NCBI GenBank assembly: GCA_040954595.2
Contig: CM082578.2
Span: 6,247,519 to 6,311,518, forward strand
DNA length: 64,000 nucleotides
Origin: Balanoglossus misakiensis
Taxonomy: Eukaryota; Animalia; Hemichordata
Direction of reading: 5' to 3'
Below the pieces are notes generated by a model. The model saw only the letters and a list, made by a program, of their open reading frames with translations. It did no database searches and was not told the DNA's origin. Positions 9,995 through 20,444 of the stretch are shown one piece after another (position 1 is the stretch's first letter; every line of letters starts with the position of its first letter). The position numbers and the translations under genes are program-made.

Positions 9995-10684
9995 CTACTC
10001 ATCAGCAAAATGGTGTAAAATTAAATCTAATTGTGTATCTTGCTGGGTTTCAAACTCCTGGTATATCCAACTTAAAGTCGAGAGCAGACGTATCTCTTCT
10101 TGCGTGTTCATTGGGGGGTGGATAGCTTCAGTGTTTTTACGCCATGTCTCTATAACTTTTACGAGTTCCATCCGACGGACAGCCTCTTCGAAATACTCAG
10201 AGATGCATTCACTAATGTCCATCATAATACATGCATGGTTTTTCTGTGACGGGTCATCCACTTCGCAACCTCCACACCTTTCTTGCGTGATTAATACCGC
10301 CGTCAACTTTATTACGTAGTACAGGGCACTCCTTAACCCGTGCAAAAGCTCCTGCTCCCTCCATACGCCTTCGGCGGTGTTGGTCCCGGGGATGGCTTCA
10401 TCAGCATCGTCCGTATCGTCGCATGTCATGGTGTCTTCAGAGGGTGGGGTGTTGGTGGTCGATGAGGTATCGGTCATGGTGACTTCTTCAGGTGGTGTGA
10501 CTACGGCGCTCGGTGTAGCATCCCCCGGGGCTTCATCACCCCTTCGTCGTGTTGACAGGTCTATTGGCAGGAGGACTTCTGACGATGTCTCGGTCGAGGG
10601 GGCCGTCGTGCGGTTGCCTCCTTCAGCGTCTTTGGCCAAGGCTATGAATTCAGCCAAAAAATTTCTGACGGTTGCGGACTCCAT
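9995..10684 (-). CDS. Polinton accessory protein with CxxC...PSQxxHxC putative zinc-binding motif
   Basis: 229-aa ATG ORF co-oriented with PolB. Acidic Thr-rich N-half, CGGCEVDDPSQKNHAC, PIDLS motif, and a poly(A) signal downstream at about 9902. Confidence 0.75.
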   Translation of the reverse strand: MESATVRNFLAEFIALAKDAEGGNRTTAPSTETSSEVLLPIDLSTRRRGDEAPGDATPSAVVTPPEEVTMTDTSSTTNTPPSEDTMTCDDTDDADEAIPGTNTAEGVWREQELLHGLRSALYYVIKLTAVLITQERCGGCEVDDPSQKNHACIMMDISECISEYFEEAVRRMELVKVIETWRKNTEAIHPPMNTQEEIRLLSTLSWIYQEFETQQDTQLDLILHHFADE

Positions 10685-10798
10685 GGTGTTTGGTAAAGTT
10701 GTGGGTCGTTCGGTTTTGCGAAGGCAAAATGATATACCTGATTGTTAATGACGGGTCTTAGAAATGATCGTGAATTTATACGCGTGTCGCTCGGTAGG

Positions 10799-11017
10799 TT
10801 AATTATTGACAGGCGGTGAATTGTCTCCCACAATATCACGCATTTCCTCGTAGGATGGGGGTGGTCTTAAGAAGTTAAATGCGCTCCTCCAAAAAGTTGT
10901 CAACAATTCTTGCTCTGTTTGACCGGGTGTCATGTGTTTGCAGTATAAAAACAGTATTTTCAAGAAAGCATGGCGATCGGCTCTTTCTAATTCATCAACC
11001 ACAATCACGGAATCCAT
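10799..11017 (-). CDS. Small Polinton ORF (72 aa) with PPxY motif
   Basis: ATG-initiated first ORF inside the terminus, co-oriented with its neighbours, containing PPPSYEE. Confidence 0.5.
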   Translation of the reverse strand: MDSVIVVDELERADRHAFLKILFLYCKHMTPGQTEQELLTTFWRSAFNFLRPPPSYEEMRDIVGDNSPPVNN

Positions 11018-11361
11018 TTCACAAACAGGGATTAGTACATATCAGTGGGGATGTGTAATAAACACCGTATAAGGTGTCAACACGCTGAATGATTGTATCC
11101 GTTTCACAAACAGAAATGCGTACATGGCAATGTGTGGTGTAATAAAACGGCAAGGTGTAGCCTAAGCTTGTTTACCGCTTCTTTGTAACCCTCTTGCCGT
11201 CCCGCAATGATTAAATCCTTTTTACAAACGTAAGTTGACATGTTACAACCAGCGCTAGATAATAAACACGTCTGGTTGTTAAACAGTGTCTGGAATGATT
11301 ACCGGATAAAATTATTGGTTACGCCGTAAACTATTCTCGCATGTTTCAATTAAATACCGGG

Positions 11362-11611
11362 GTATGTTAATGTGGTTTATAAAATCCTCATGGATATGTA
11401 AAAATATGCAGATGTATGTTAATGTGGTTTATAAAATTCTCATGAATATGTAAAAATATGCTGATGTATGTTAATGTGGTTTATAAAATTCTCATGAATA
11501 TGTAAAAATATGCAGATGTATGTTAATGTGGTTTATAAAATTCTCATGAATATGTAAATATGCAGATTTATGTTAATGTGGTTTATAAAAATCTCATGAA
11601 TATGTAAATAT
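11362..11611. repeat. Subterminal tandem repeat, about 5 x 52 bp, in the Polinton terminal region
   Basis: GTATGTTAATGTGGTTTATAAAATTCTCATGAATATGTAAAAATATGCAGAT-type units starting at 11362, 11414, 11466, 11518 and about 11568. Confidence 0.95.
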
Positions 11612-11700
11612 GGTAATTATGTTAATTATGCTAATTTATGCTAATTATGCTATTATGCTAATTTATGGTAATGTGGCGCCAATGAACCCACATTACTACT
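11612..11700. repeat. Extreme Polinton terminus (short TATGCTAAT repeats, then ACTACT); predicted 6-bp TSD CTCGTG at 11701-11706
   Basis: The sequence ends CCCACATTACTACT. The matching left TIR and TSD are outside the window, so both remain predictions. Confidence 0.8.
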
Positions 11701-14095
11701 CTCGTGGCTAAATAGACTGTTCGTGACGAGCGGAAATGATTTATACGTCGACTCGGAATCTCAGCCTCAGAAAACAACGCGTGGTAACGTTGACATGTTA
11801 CTTTCTGTCTTTCATTGCTATTTATAGATATTTAAGCACACGTGAAACCCACTATAGTTACCAGCCTGTGTCGTTTATACAGAATGCACAATCACTGGAT
11901 AGAAGAAGTAACTGCTTTAAACAAATTAAAACAATGCGTTATATTTAATACACGAGCAATACTTTAATTCTCGCTGGAGGAATCTAAACAATATTTATGA
12001 TGATAACTTTTCCAATTTTCATTTCATTGATTTGCCTTATACTAGAACCTTGGTGGAGTCAACCCCAAAAACTAATAGAAATTATGTTTTTGGTCCGACT
12101 TTGGAACTTTTGCCGTCGCCCAGCGATGTGAACTGAATTTCGTTGAAGTCTTCCTGCCAATTACTGTCAAAATTAAACACATTTGAAATGCATTCTAGTA
12201 ATAGGCAGTTTAGTTGTCATTATTGTTTGCTCAATGGGATGTTTCCTGTTCTACAACCTTTACGAAAGTAAGAAAAATCTTCGACAGATTTTGTCTGAAA
12301 CGGACTGGCTGAATGTACTTTTACAAAATGTCATCGGAAAGGAGGATTGTTTTTAACCTAAATGGTACATCATGGCGTCCTCTGTTTCGCTCCTGGGTAT
12401 CTCTCTCCAATGACTCCATTTTCATCTCATGTAATCCGCCCATGACCATTCCTCGTTGTTCGTTCCTGTATGCTCATGAGATCAGCTAAATTGCAGGAAT
12501 AAAGATCGAGGGTTCTTCATAGAATTTCTTCTATTTGTAGAACTGGCGTATAAATGTATGGGTTGTCGTGCTTTTGTTGCGTGAATTCACAGTGGGTTGA
12601 GCTCATCAGTTCAAATAAACATTGTACAAGCCCCGCCGCCAGCGACAATTAATCAGAGTACGCAGACCTTATGCAAAGGGATCTACAAACATTCAATAGC
12701 CTCCTGGAAATTTTGTACGGGGGGCTCTCGTACTTGGACAAATTACTTGTGATTACTTGACTCGTGGTCTTCCACACAGTGCAGTGTCTGCCTTCGGCGA
12801 AAACAAGCTTTATTAGAGCTTTTCGGTAGAACTACGGATTTTGTGTCGTAAAAATCCTAAACCAGGTTGATGTCAACCAATATGGCATTCTCCTCGTTTG
12901 ACATGGCATGATACAACATAACAAAACATGACATAGCATGACATGACATGAATACTACATGTATCTCTGCAAGGGCACACAGACCTAATTCGGCCACAAA
13001 TGTTTAAATAAAAAACACACACAGGAATAATCAATCTACTACTGGGAGAAATTTATCTGCTGTTGTTTTGTTTCAAAGTGGCGCTTGTAAATGTTAAAAC
13101 GACTGTCTCTTTGGTACTTTTACCGTTTGGTGACGACAGATGGGAGATGAACATTTGAATGCGCGCGCAATTCATTGCTCGTTTACAGGCAGTGGTTGTT
13201 TTTGTGGTGATGAGGGTGGTTTTTACTGCCCACAACAGTAAAAACAGTTCCATGGCCGTTATATAAATCACGTCTTTCCAGTTCTAAAATTGTACCCCCT
13301 GGCATCAGCGACTATCAAAGATTTAGGGAGACGTCTGCGGAGTGATTTGAGTTCCTTGGTTGCATGGCCTGACCCTTCGATGCCACCATTCATTACAATT
13401 AGTTGGAAAAGATCCGTCTGCGGTTACGTGGGAACACGTGGCTTTGGCGAAAAAACGCCTCAATTATCAGCGTGGGATGCATGCTTGTGTGGCTTTCTTC
13501 ACTCGTTTCTCCGCCGCTGGGTTTTGTAACACCATGGCAATTAGAGTGAAGCCGAAGCTTTGGTTGCCACCCAGCGATGCAGCGTCAGCTATTGCAAGGG
13601 TTCATCTCGGGGGGCACCGCCGGTATTAACCACATCGTTTACAGCTCAAGATCAACAGGGAATGGAATTTGTTCGTCTAATCGCACCACTCACTTTGATT
13701 ACTTTCTCACTTACTGAGAGAAGAATAAAAAAACAGGTGTACGCTGCATGAGTCAAAAGATGCCGAGTTTTCCTTTCCGTTGAACGGAGATGTCTTTTAT
13801 TGTTTATGTCCGTCTTCCGATCACCTGAAATCTGTCAGTGTGGTTAGAATAGTATGAAGCGACCAATTGTTAGATAAGGTTTACAATTTTTTTTGCCTGG
13901 CCATGAACAGGGTAGAACCTATAGGACCACTGACCTCTGTCAGTGGAGGAATAAAGTCAAGCCACATTTACATGTAATTCAATGCCTATCCACTATTAGT
14001 GTATATTTCTACAGAAACCATCAATATATATGTTAATTGCCTCAGCTAAGCTGCTGACTACCTTTTCCAAGAAATGATTATTAGCGCGGTATTAA

Positions 14096-14429
14096 AGGTC
14101 GATGATCGTCTTATGCGCATGTGCTAAATTTCGTGTGTACAAACATTACGCCCAATCCAAATCTTCTGCAAAGTTTGCGTACGATGCATTCAAATAGGGG
14201 ACTGCCTTCGCTCCCTTCCATATTTCATGCGCACCGTATACGTATAAAATTTGGTTTTGTCCCTAATTTCACCCAATTTGCTGCATTTCCCCGATCTCCG
14301 ACACCGACTATGGTCGCCGACATCTTGCCTGTTATCAGGACAACACACTGCCTTGTGACATTGACTGTATACACTTTTCGTCACCACGGTCTCTTGTTTA
14401 GCACATGCGCATAAGACGATCGTCGGCCT
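14096..14429. mobile_element. Non-autonomous DNA transposon (MITE), TTAA target, Kolobok-like
   Basis: About 33-bp TIRs AGGTCGATGATCGTCTTATGCGCATGTGCTAAA / TTTAGCACATGCGCATAAGACGATCGTCGGCCT, flanked by TTAA at 14092-14095 and 14430-14433. Confidence 0.88.
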
Positions 14430-14433
14430 TTAA

Positions 14434-16037
14434 GATGGGTCCCTAGGATCTTTTTGCTGGTTGCTATGGGCCTTTATAGGACACTACACTCAATTTTGAT
14501 CGAAACCGTTATGAACGTCCGACGAGGGGCTTGTAACTAGTTAAAAATACACACGATTGTGTGCACACCCCCTGTCTGAGTATGTTTACGGCAGCTACCG
14601 CCCGGCCATAGGCCGCCACGCTAATACGGCAAAGCAGCGGTCAGCGATAGCGTGCGCGTCCTGTAACCACAGTAACTGGATCGAACGCTAAAAATCCAAT
14701 GTTTTGTACACAGAGATTTTGTACCGTTCACGAAAATCCCTAAGGCTTTTTTCACAGGCGACGTAGGCCAGCCAAATTTGACCTGCTTGTTGAGAACGCA
14801 CTTCCGCATAGTGTGACGGATCGTTTTTTCGGTTTTCGTCGTGCTAAGAAGCGATACCAGTGGAAGAGTGCGTCCAAAAACACCCAAAATCGATGACTTT
14901 TTCAGGTGTGGTACGGGTATGCTGAAATCGTAGGATACAACGATAATATTCGAAAACAAAATCCGTCACGATCTTCCCTGGTTCAAGCAACTAATGAATA
15001 CGTATCAAGTTCGTTTTTGAGGTCACGGAATAAAAAGCCTTAGGCTGCATTCACAAACACCTCTGGAGGGGGGGGGGCAGGAGAATTGAGGGGGGGGGAT
15101 TTGAAAAAATTGAGGGTATGTGAGGGGGGGGATTTGAAATAATTTAGGGACTGAAAGGGGGGGGGACTTGAAAACTTTAACGACTAAATATTTATTTTGA
15201 GTCCACAAAAATGCAGTTTCGCGCCCTTTATTTTACAAAATTTTCTCATGTGGCAGGGGGACACCCCCTCCCACACCCACCCCCTCCATTCATCAACACC
15301 TTTCAATCATTTACTGGTTTATCTAGTGTCCCAGGTCAGGGGACTTGCCCCAACCCATGATAACTTTGAGCGCCGACGGTTAAATTTGTCCTCCCCAACA
15401 TACCGGTAGTTGAGTTAATTTGCTTTTGCCGGGTTCATTAAAATGCAGCTTTGAGCTCTGTATTTTAGAAAATTTTCTTACGTGGGAGGGGGACACCCCC
15501 TCCCAAACCCACCCCCTTCAATTCTCGGTTTACAAAGTCTCCCAACACAGAATACAAATATATGTACTTAAAAAATAAAAACAATGTTCAGTTTTAATAC
15601 CCACTGATGAAGGGAAATATCAGTTTCAAATTCTTTTCATGGGAGCGCTGTTTTTCTTTTTACAAGATAGATAGGTGATGTGTTTTGCTCTGTGAAAGAC
15701 AATGGGGGGGGATTTCAAAATTTTGGCAGTTTGGAAGGGGGGGATTTGAAAATATTGGCAGTTCGGAAGGGGGGCATGTGAAAATTAGCGGTAAAAAAAA
15801 TTGAATTCTCCCGCCCCCCCCCCTCCAGAGGTGTTTGTGAATGCAGCCTTAGGCTTTTGAAATTTGACCTAACTAATTTGCATATCAATGGCGTCAGGGG
15901 GCGCGCGCTCACAATCGTGCGTATTTTTAACTAGTTACCAGCCCCTTGTTAGACTCTGAAAACGGCTTAGTCCAAATCGGGGTGTAATGTCCTATAAAGG
16001 CCCATAGCAACGGGCAAAAAGATCCTAGGGACCCATC
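14434..16037. mobile_element. Non-autonomous DNA transposon with about 140-bp imperfect TIRs, TTAA target, Kolobok-like
   Basis: GATGGGTCCCTAGGATCTTTTTGC... at 14434 is mirrored by ...GCAAAAAGATCCTAGGGACCCATC ending at 16037, with TTAA on both sides and no transposase ORF. Confidence 0.88.
15043..15848. mobile_element. PIF/Harbinger-like (Tourist-type) MITE nested in the previous element
   Basis: TIRs GGCTGCATTCACAAACACCTCTGGAGGGGGGG / CCCCCCCTCCAGAGGTGTTTGTGAATGCAGCC, with a 3-bp TTA duplication at 15040-15042 and 15849-15851. Confidence 0.88.
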
Positions 16038-19000
16038 TTAACCCCAACACAAACATCACAGGTGACGCCTGCATTACCTTCAATCTGGCGCAACTTACAT
16101 GAGCTGTATGGCCACAGTGATTGAGGGAGTGTGTTCGAACAGAAGTTACCAAAATATCAGGATAAAGTATTTTTTGGTGATCCTAGCCCTTTTAAGCCTG
16201 AAAACAGAGTCTGTTCTGACATATGTGCAATGTACGACCGTGTCATTTTACAAGTAACTGAACGCTGAATAGCGTACTAAACTGCGCGGTGATATGTGTG
16301 TAACTCAACTTTATATTATATTAACATCCATCGCTGAGAACACGCCGAATGAACATACTGAAATTATCCAAGCGATACATCAAAATGCTTGGAATCATGA
16401 AGCGGGAATTGCTACCTTGCTCAGTGGAATGGATGGCAGTCCATGAAGATTGCCTATTACAGGACCTAATGTGGACCTTTATATCAGACGACGCGGTTCA
16501 TCGGCGCTGCCACACAATACCTATAGGTCTGCAACTGTTATCGGCATCTTTTAAATAAAAATGTCTGAATGCGCGCGCATCATCTTCGAGAGATAAACCC
16601 GGAGGCCTGAAGAATAGTGGTCGCGTATCATTGTAAACGACGATTGATATTTGATGACGCAAATGATGAAATAACCACTCGCTCTGCAGTGTCACTCTCC
16701 CTGTGGGTTTTGTTGCAGACGGAAATGCATGAGATGGTTACCATGTAGTAATCACGAAAACGCACGGTATGTTGCGTTCAGAAAGGTCATCATGCATGTG
16801 ATGATACCGCTCGGTTTAGTTCAGAATCAAGACTTTTCAAGCATCTTCAGCGTGTGCGGATTCGAGGATTTTTTTTCTAACGGGAAAGAAATTATTCTTA
16901 TAAAACCTGATAGAATAATGTCAGAGAAACTCTTTATCTGTCAAAGAGTTCTTTGGCTTTTAGGCCTTTTCGGGCAAACAATATAAAAGAAATAGTTGAA
17001 ACGATGCACACCCTCGCCCAAAATGACACGAAACACGAGACAATGCTCTGCAATGAGCTTAAAGGGACATTCTGGTTCCATGCATCAATCACAGTTCCTG
17101 GTTCTACTCCACATAACATGCTAAAATGCTCAGTATCCTGTTTTTCAACACGGCCAGGAGTGTAATTAATTCTTGTCCGGATATGAATTCAATTTTCAAC
17201 AATTACGATGGCGACTACACACAGACAGGCTATGTTGACAAGTGTTAGGGATTTAATCATGTTTCAGGGATTCGACCAAGAAATAAAAATATCTGACACT
17301 ATTTCCAAAAGTAATAGGGCTGGAGTGTTTGATGTACTAATAACAACAATATTTGTTGTTTACGTAGTGTCCAAAGGGTTTCACTCCGGGAGTCCCCCCA
17401 AAATTGCTGTTAAGTACAACAGCTCAGATTTTAAAATCTCTTTTGCTTGGCAGTCCTTACCTCCATGTGTATGTTTTGGGTTTAGGGGGGGGGTACTTCA
17501 CTTCCAAAGCGATGTATTACCTTAATATTTCGATAATCTTTCACTCAAAAAAGTCACCAAAAGTATAAAAAAATAGTTTGAATAATTGTACCATCATTGT
17601 GATGATTTCAATGGCGTTTTCTCGGACAAGTTTCCCTTGATGAAACGATGGTAGGTTTTAAAACGTGTCCACAGGCATCCTTGCACCATTGAAGATAGTT
17701 CCCGCTATCATGTCGTCCGCAAACACGACATGAAAAATGTTCGGTGTTTACGACGTGTTCGTGTTCAGGACAGCGAGTTTGAAGAGCTCATCACTGTACG
17801 AGATCATGAACACACAACGAGATCTATATCCAGTCACGCTGACGAGCCAACGTTTTTCTATTCACTAACGTACCCATAAATCTTTACATCGTACTTCGTA
17901 TGTTTGTCTATCATAAAAAGGTCACGTGAGAGCTCTTGCAAAAAAAGATTTATAACCCGCTGCGCCGTCAACTTCTGCACCGCTGTCATATTTCTAAAAG
18001 CAGGACCAATGTTTCTTCTCTTATTCGAAAATCAACCGTAGCGGACACTTGACTGTTGCTTTTGTATAGACGATGCTAGCTGCAGAAAAAAACTAATATG
18101 TAGGTTCTTGTCAGAGTATCACCGTTATCACTGATTGACTGGCAGTGGCAATCAATCGTCGTTTCGCGACGTTGGACTTTCCCCAGCAAAGCCATTATCC
18201 TGATGCACATCCATCCACCCTATCTGAAATGAAGTGTGATGCACTTGAAAACCAAATTAAGATCATTACCTCTCCATTTGGACAAAACTCGGTCACTGCA
18301 CTCCATTATTCCACTTCAGATTTTACTGCACTGCGGGCAAAAAAGAAAAACTTGTTGAACCACGTGAGCCTGTGTCGTTCACCCATGAACGAGTTTTCGG
18401 CCGCGACAATGAAACAGTCGGGCGCAATTCACCATAGTGAGGTCGCGTGTCAATCATTCGATCTTTTCTTGCCGTTGAACACAGCATCAACAATTTCCTG
18501 TGGTGGAGACGGGTATGCATAACCCTTGCAACGGGGATTCGTTGCAAACTTAATGAGGCGGACAGCCAGGTGAAAATATTCATGTATTCTCGTTCTCCAT
18601 CAACTAATGCAAGTTTACAGATTGGCGACCCAGTGGCGCGAAACATCCATCACGTTCCCATAGCAATGCTGTAATCAGGTGTTTTTCTTTCTTTCTCGTC
18701 GCTATCACAACCACTCTCTTACCAGATGGAGAGATCCTTCGTGACTGATGGAGAAAGAAGTATCCCCAGTTCGGCGCTTTTGCCGATTAACCCGCAGATC
18801 AATTTCCGGGGAGTCGAGTAGGTCTCCTAGGAGTAAACCTCTGGTCGTGTGAGTGTTTTGCTTATAGGCAAGTGCGTGTGTCTATGCTAGTGTAAATACC
18901 GCCGCAGTGGCTTTTAAAGTACAAATATGTCATTAATAGCTGTGGGGAAATATCATTCGATAGTTGTCTTCCCGCAAGATGTATCGCGATTGTTATTTTG

Positions 19001-19514
19001 AGACCCCCTCCACTTTAAAGACGCGTGCAGTGAAATCTGAGCGGAGCATGGATGCTCGCCGGGGTCGGGGCAGTCGTGGTTGTTATGATCAAACGCACAC
19101 AGCACTGAGTTCGTTCTGACAAGACATGCAAGAGTTCTCCCTGCTTCGGTGCATGATTGTCAAGAATCGATCCTCTCTTGTTCCGAGTGCTTCCATCAAC
19201 CACTGCATTAAATTGGGCAATCCGACTATTATGAATATTTTTTCTTCAGCGAACCACGTGACCCCGTCACGCGCAGAACGCCGGCAATCAGTACGTTAAA
19301 GTTGCGCTATGTGGCTGGCATTGCCTCCGCATGTTTCGTTTTCTTTTCAACAGTGTTGACAGATTTCCGACACCACCTATAAAGGGACAGGAATTGTCTT
19401 CGCACTGAATGTGGGTCTTTGCCGCTGTTCGTTGATTGATTGATTTATCGAGTGGAGCCGGTAACTCCGAGACGTGGGAATCTCAACATTGCTCATCAAT
19501 ATACCCTCGCCGCT

Positions 19515-20444
19515 ATGAACAACACAACAGCGTACATTGAGTACTACCCGTGGCCGTGTGCAGACAGGAAGGCACAGGATATCGTGGCTGTTGTTCTGTT
19601 GGTGGTCGGGATGATCGGCAACGTCGCCTTCCTCTACACCGTGTTCTGTTTGAACGAAATGAGAACGGTCACCACGAACGTGTACTTGTGCCACCTGGCC
19701 GTGGCCGATCTGTTGTTCCTGGTTTCCAACGGGATCGCCATCGTGTGCTACGTGATACGACACGCTGTCGGGAATTTCGACGCCTGCAAGACCCTGCTCA
19801 TGTCAACCCTGTTCCACTGCGTGGCCAACTTCACCGCCGCCACCAGTTTCTACGCCTCCATGCTGATCATCGGGGCGATTGCCCTGGAGCGCTACTTCGC
19901 CATCTGCCAACCCCTTCGCGGAGCCGTGCACCTGGTGTGCCTGCGCCGGGCGTCGTTCGTCATGCAGGCGATGTGCTGGCTGGTGGCGTCCGTGGCCAGC
20001 GTCACCAACCTGCTGCCGTGCTGGGGTTTCGGGCATCTGCGCGCGGAGATCGACAAGGGGCAAAACCTGACGGCGATATGCACGTTCTTCCTGCTCACGA
20101 TCTGCATCACCACGCTGTACATTCAGATGGTGAAATCGCTGTGGAAATCGTCGCACAACGACATCCTCAACGCTCCCGCTGCCTGGGATACAGAGAAACA
20201 GGTGATGAGGGTCTGCTTAGTAACAGCAATAACATTTGTCGTCTTTCTCCTGCCTTACATAATCCGCCTGATTCTCGATTTATTGATATACTACTTCAGA
20301 ATTTACAACTTGCAAATGTATGTGTGTTTCTATAACATTCCCATGTACTTTCTGATATTGAATTCTGCGGCCAATCCTATTTTATACAGCATAGCGAGTT
20401 CAAAATACAGGAGAGCTTTTAGGATAGCTTTCCATTGTGGTTAG
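19515..20444 (+). CDS. Intronless class A (rhodopsin-like) GPCR, peptide-receptor-like orphan, 309 aa
   Basis: Seven hydrophobic segments with GMIGN (TM1), TNVYLCHLAVADL (TM2), ALERYFAICQPL (TM3), W in TM4, FLLP (TM6) and NSAANPILY (TM7). N-glycosylation sequon in MNNTT. Confidence 0.93.
   Translation: MNNTTAYIEYYPWPCADRKAQDIVAVVLLVVGMIGNVAFLYTVFCLNEMRTVTTNVYLCHLAVADLLFLVSNGIAIVCYVIRHAVGNFDACKTLLMSTLFHCVANFTAATSFYASMLIIGAIALERYFAICQPLRGAVHLVCLRRASFVMQAMCWLVASVASVTNLLPCWGFGHLRAEIDKGQNLTAICTFFLLTICITTLYIQMVKSLWKSSHNDILNAPAAWDTEKQVMRVCLVTAITFVVFLLPYIIRLILDLLIYYFRIYNLQMYVCFYNIPMYFLILNSAANPILYSIASSKYRRAFRIAFHCG

Larger units (their letters stand above)
1..11700. mobile_element. Endogenous Polinton/Maverick (adintovirus-like) element, group-I type; right portion, continues beyond the left window edge
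   Basis: Compact intronless cluster of minor capsid, major capsid, adenain protease, A32/FtsK-like ATPase and protein-primed PolB in two convergent blocks. It ends in ...CATTACTACT at 11700 (reverse complement AGTAGT, a typical Polinton terminus) after tandem repeats, and gene density collapses after 11700. Confidence 0.96.

Noticed and set aside
11362-11611. CRISPR-like mini-array in the viral terminus
   Set aside because: Whole 52-bp units repeat with no variable spacer.
11234-11801. GTTGACATGTTAC present both inside the Polinton end and in the flank
   Set aside because: A 13-bp AT-rich semi-palindrome without extension; it does not shift the ACTACT boundary.
16300-18700. Short ORFs as remnants of a transposase or reverse transcriptase
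   Set aside because: No catalytic motifs recognised; a translated search would be needed.
19550-20335. 261-aa overlapping ORF and antisense ORFs over the GPCR
   Set aside because: Shadow frames of GC-rich codon usage with no recognisable motifs.
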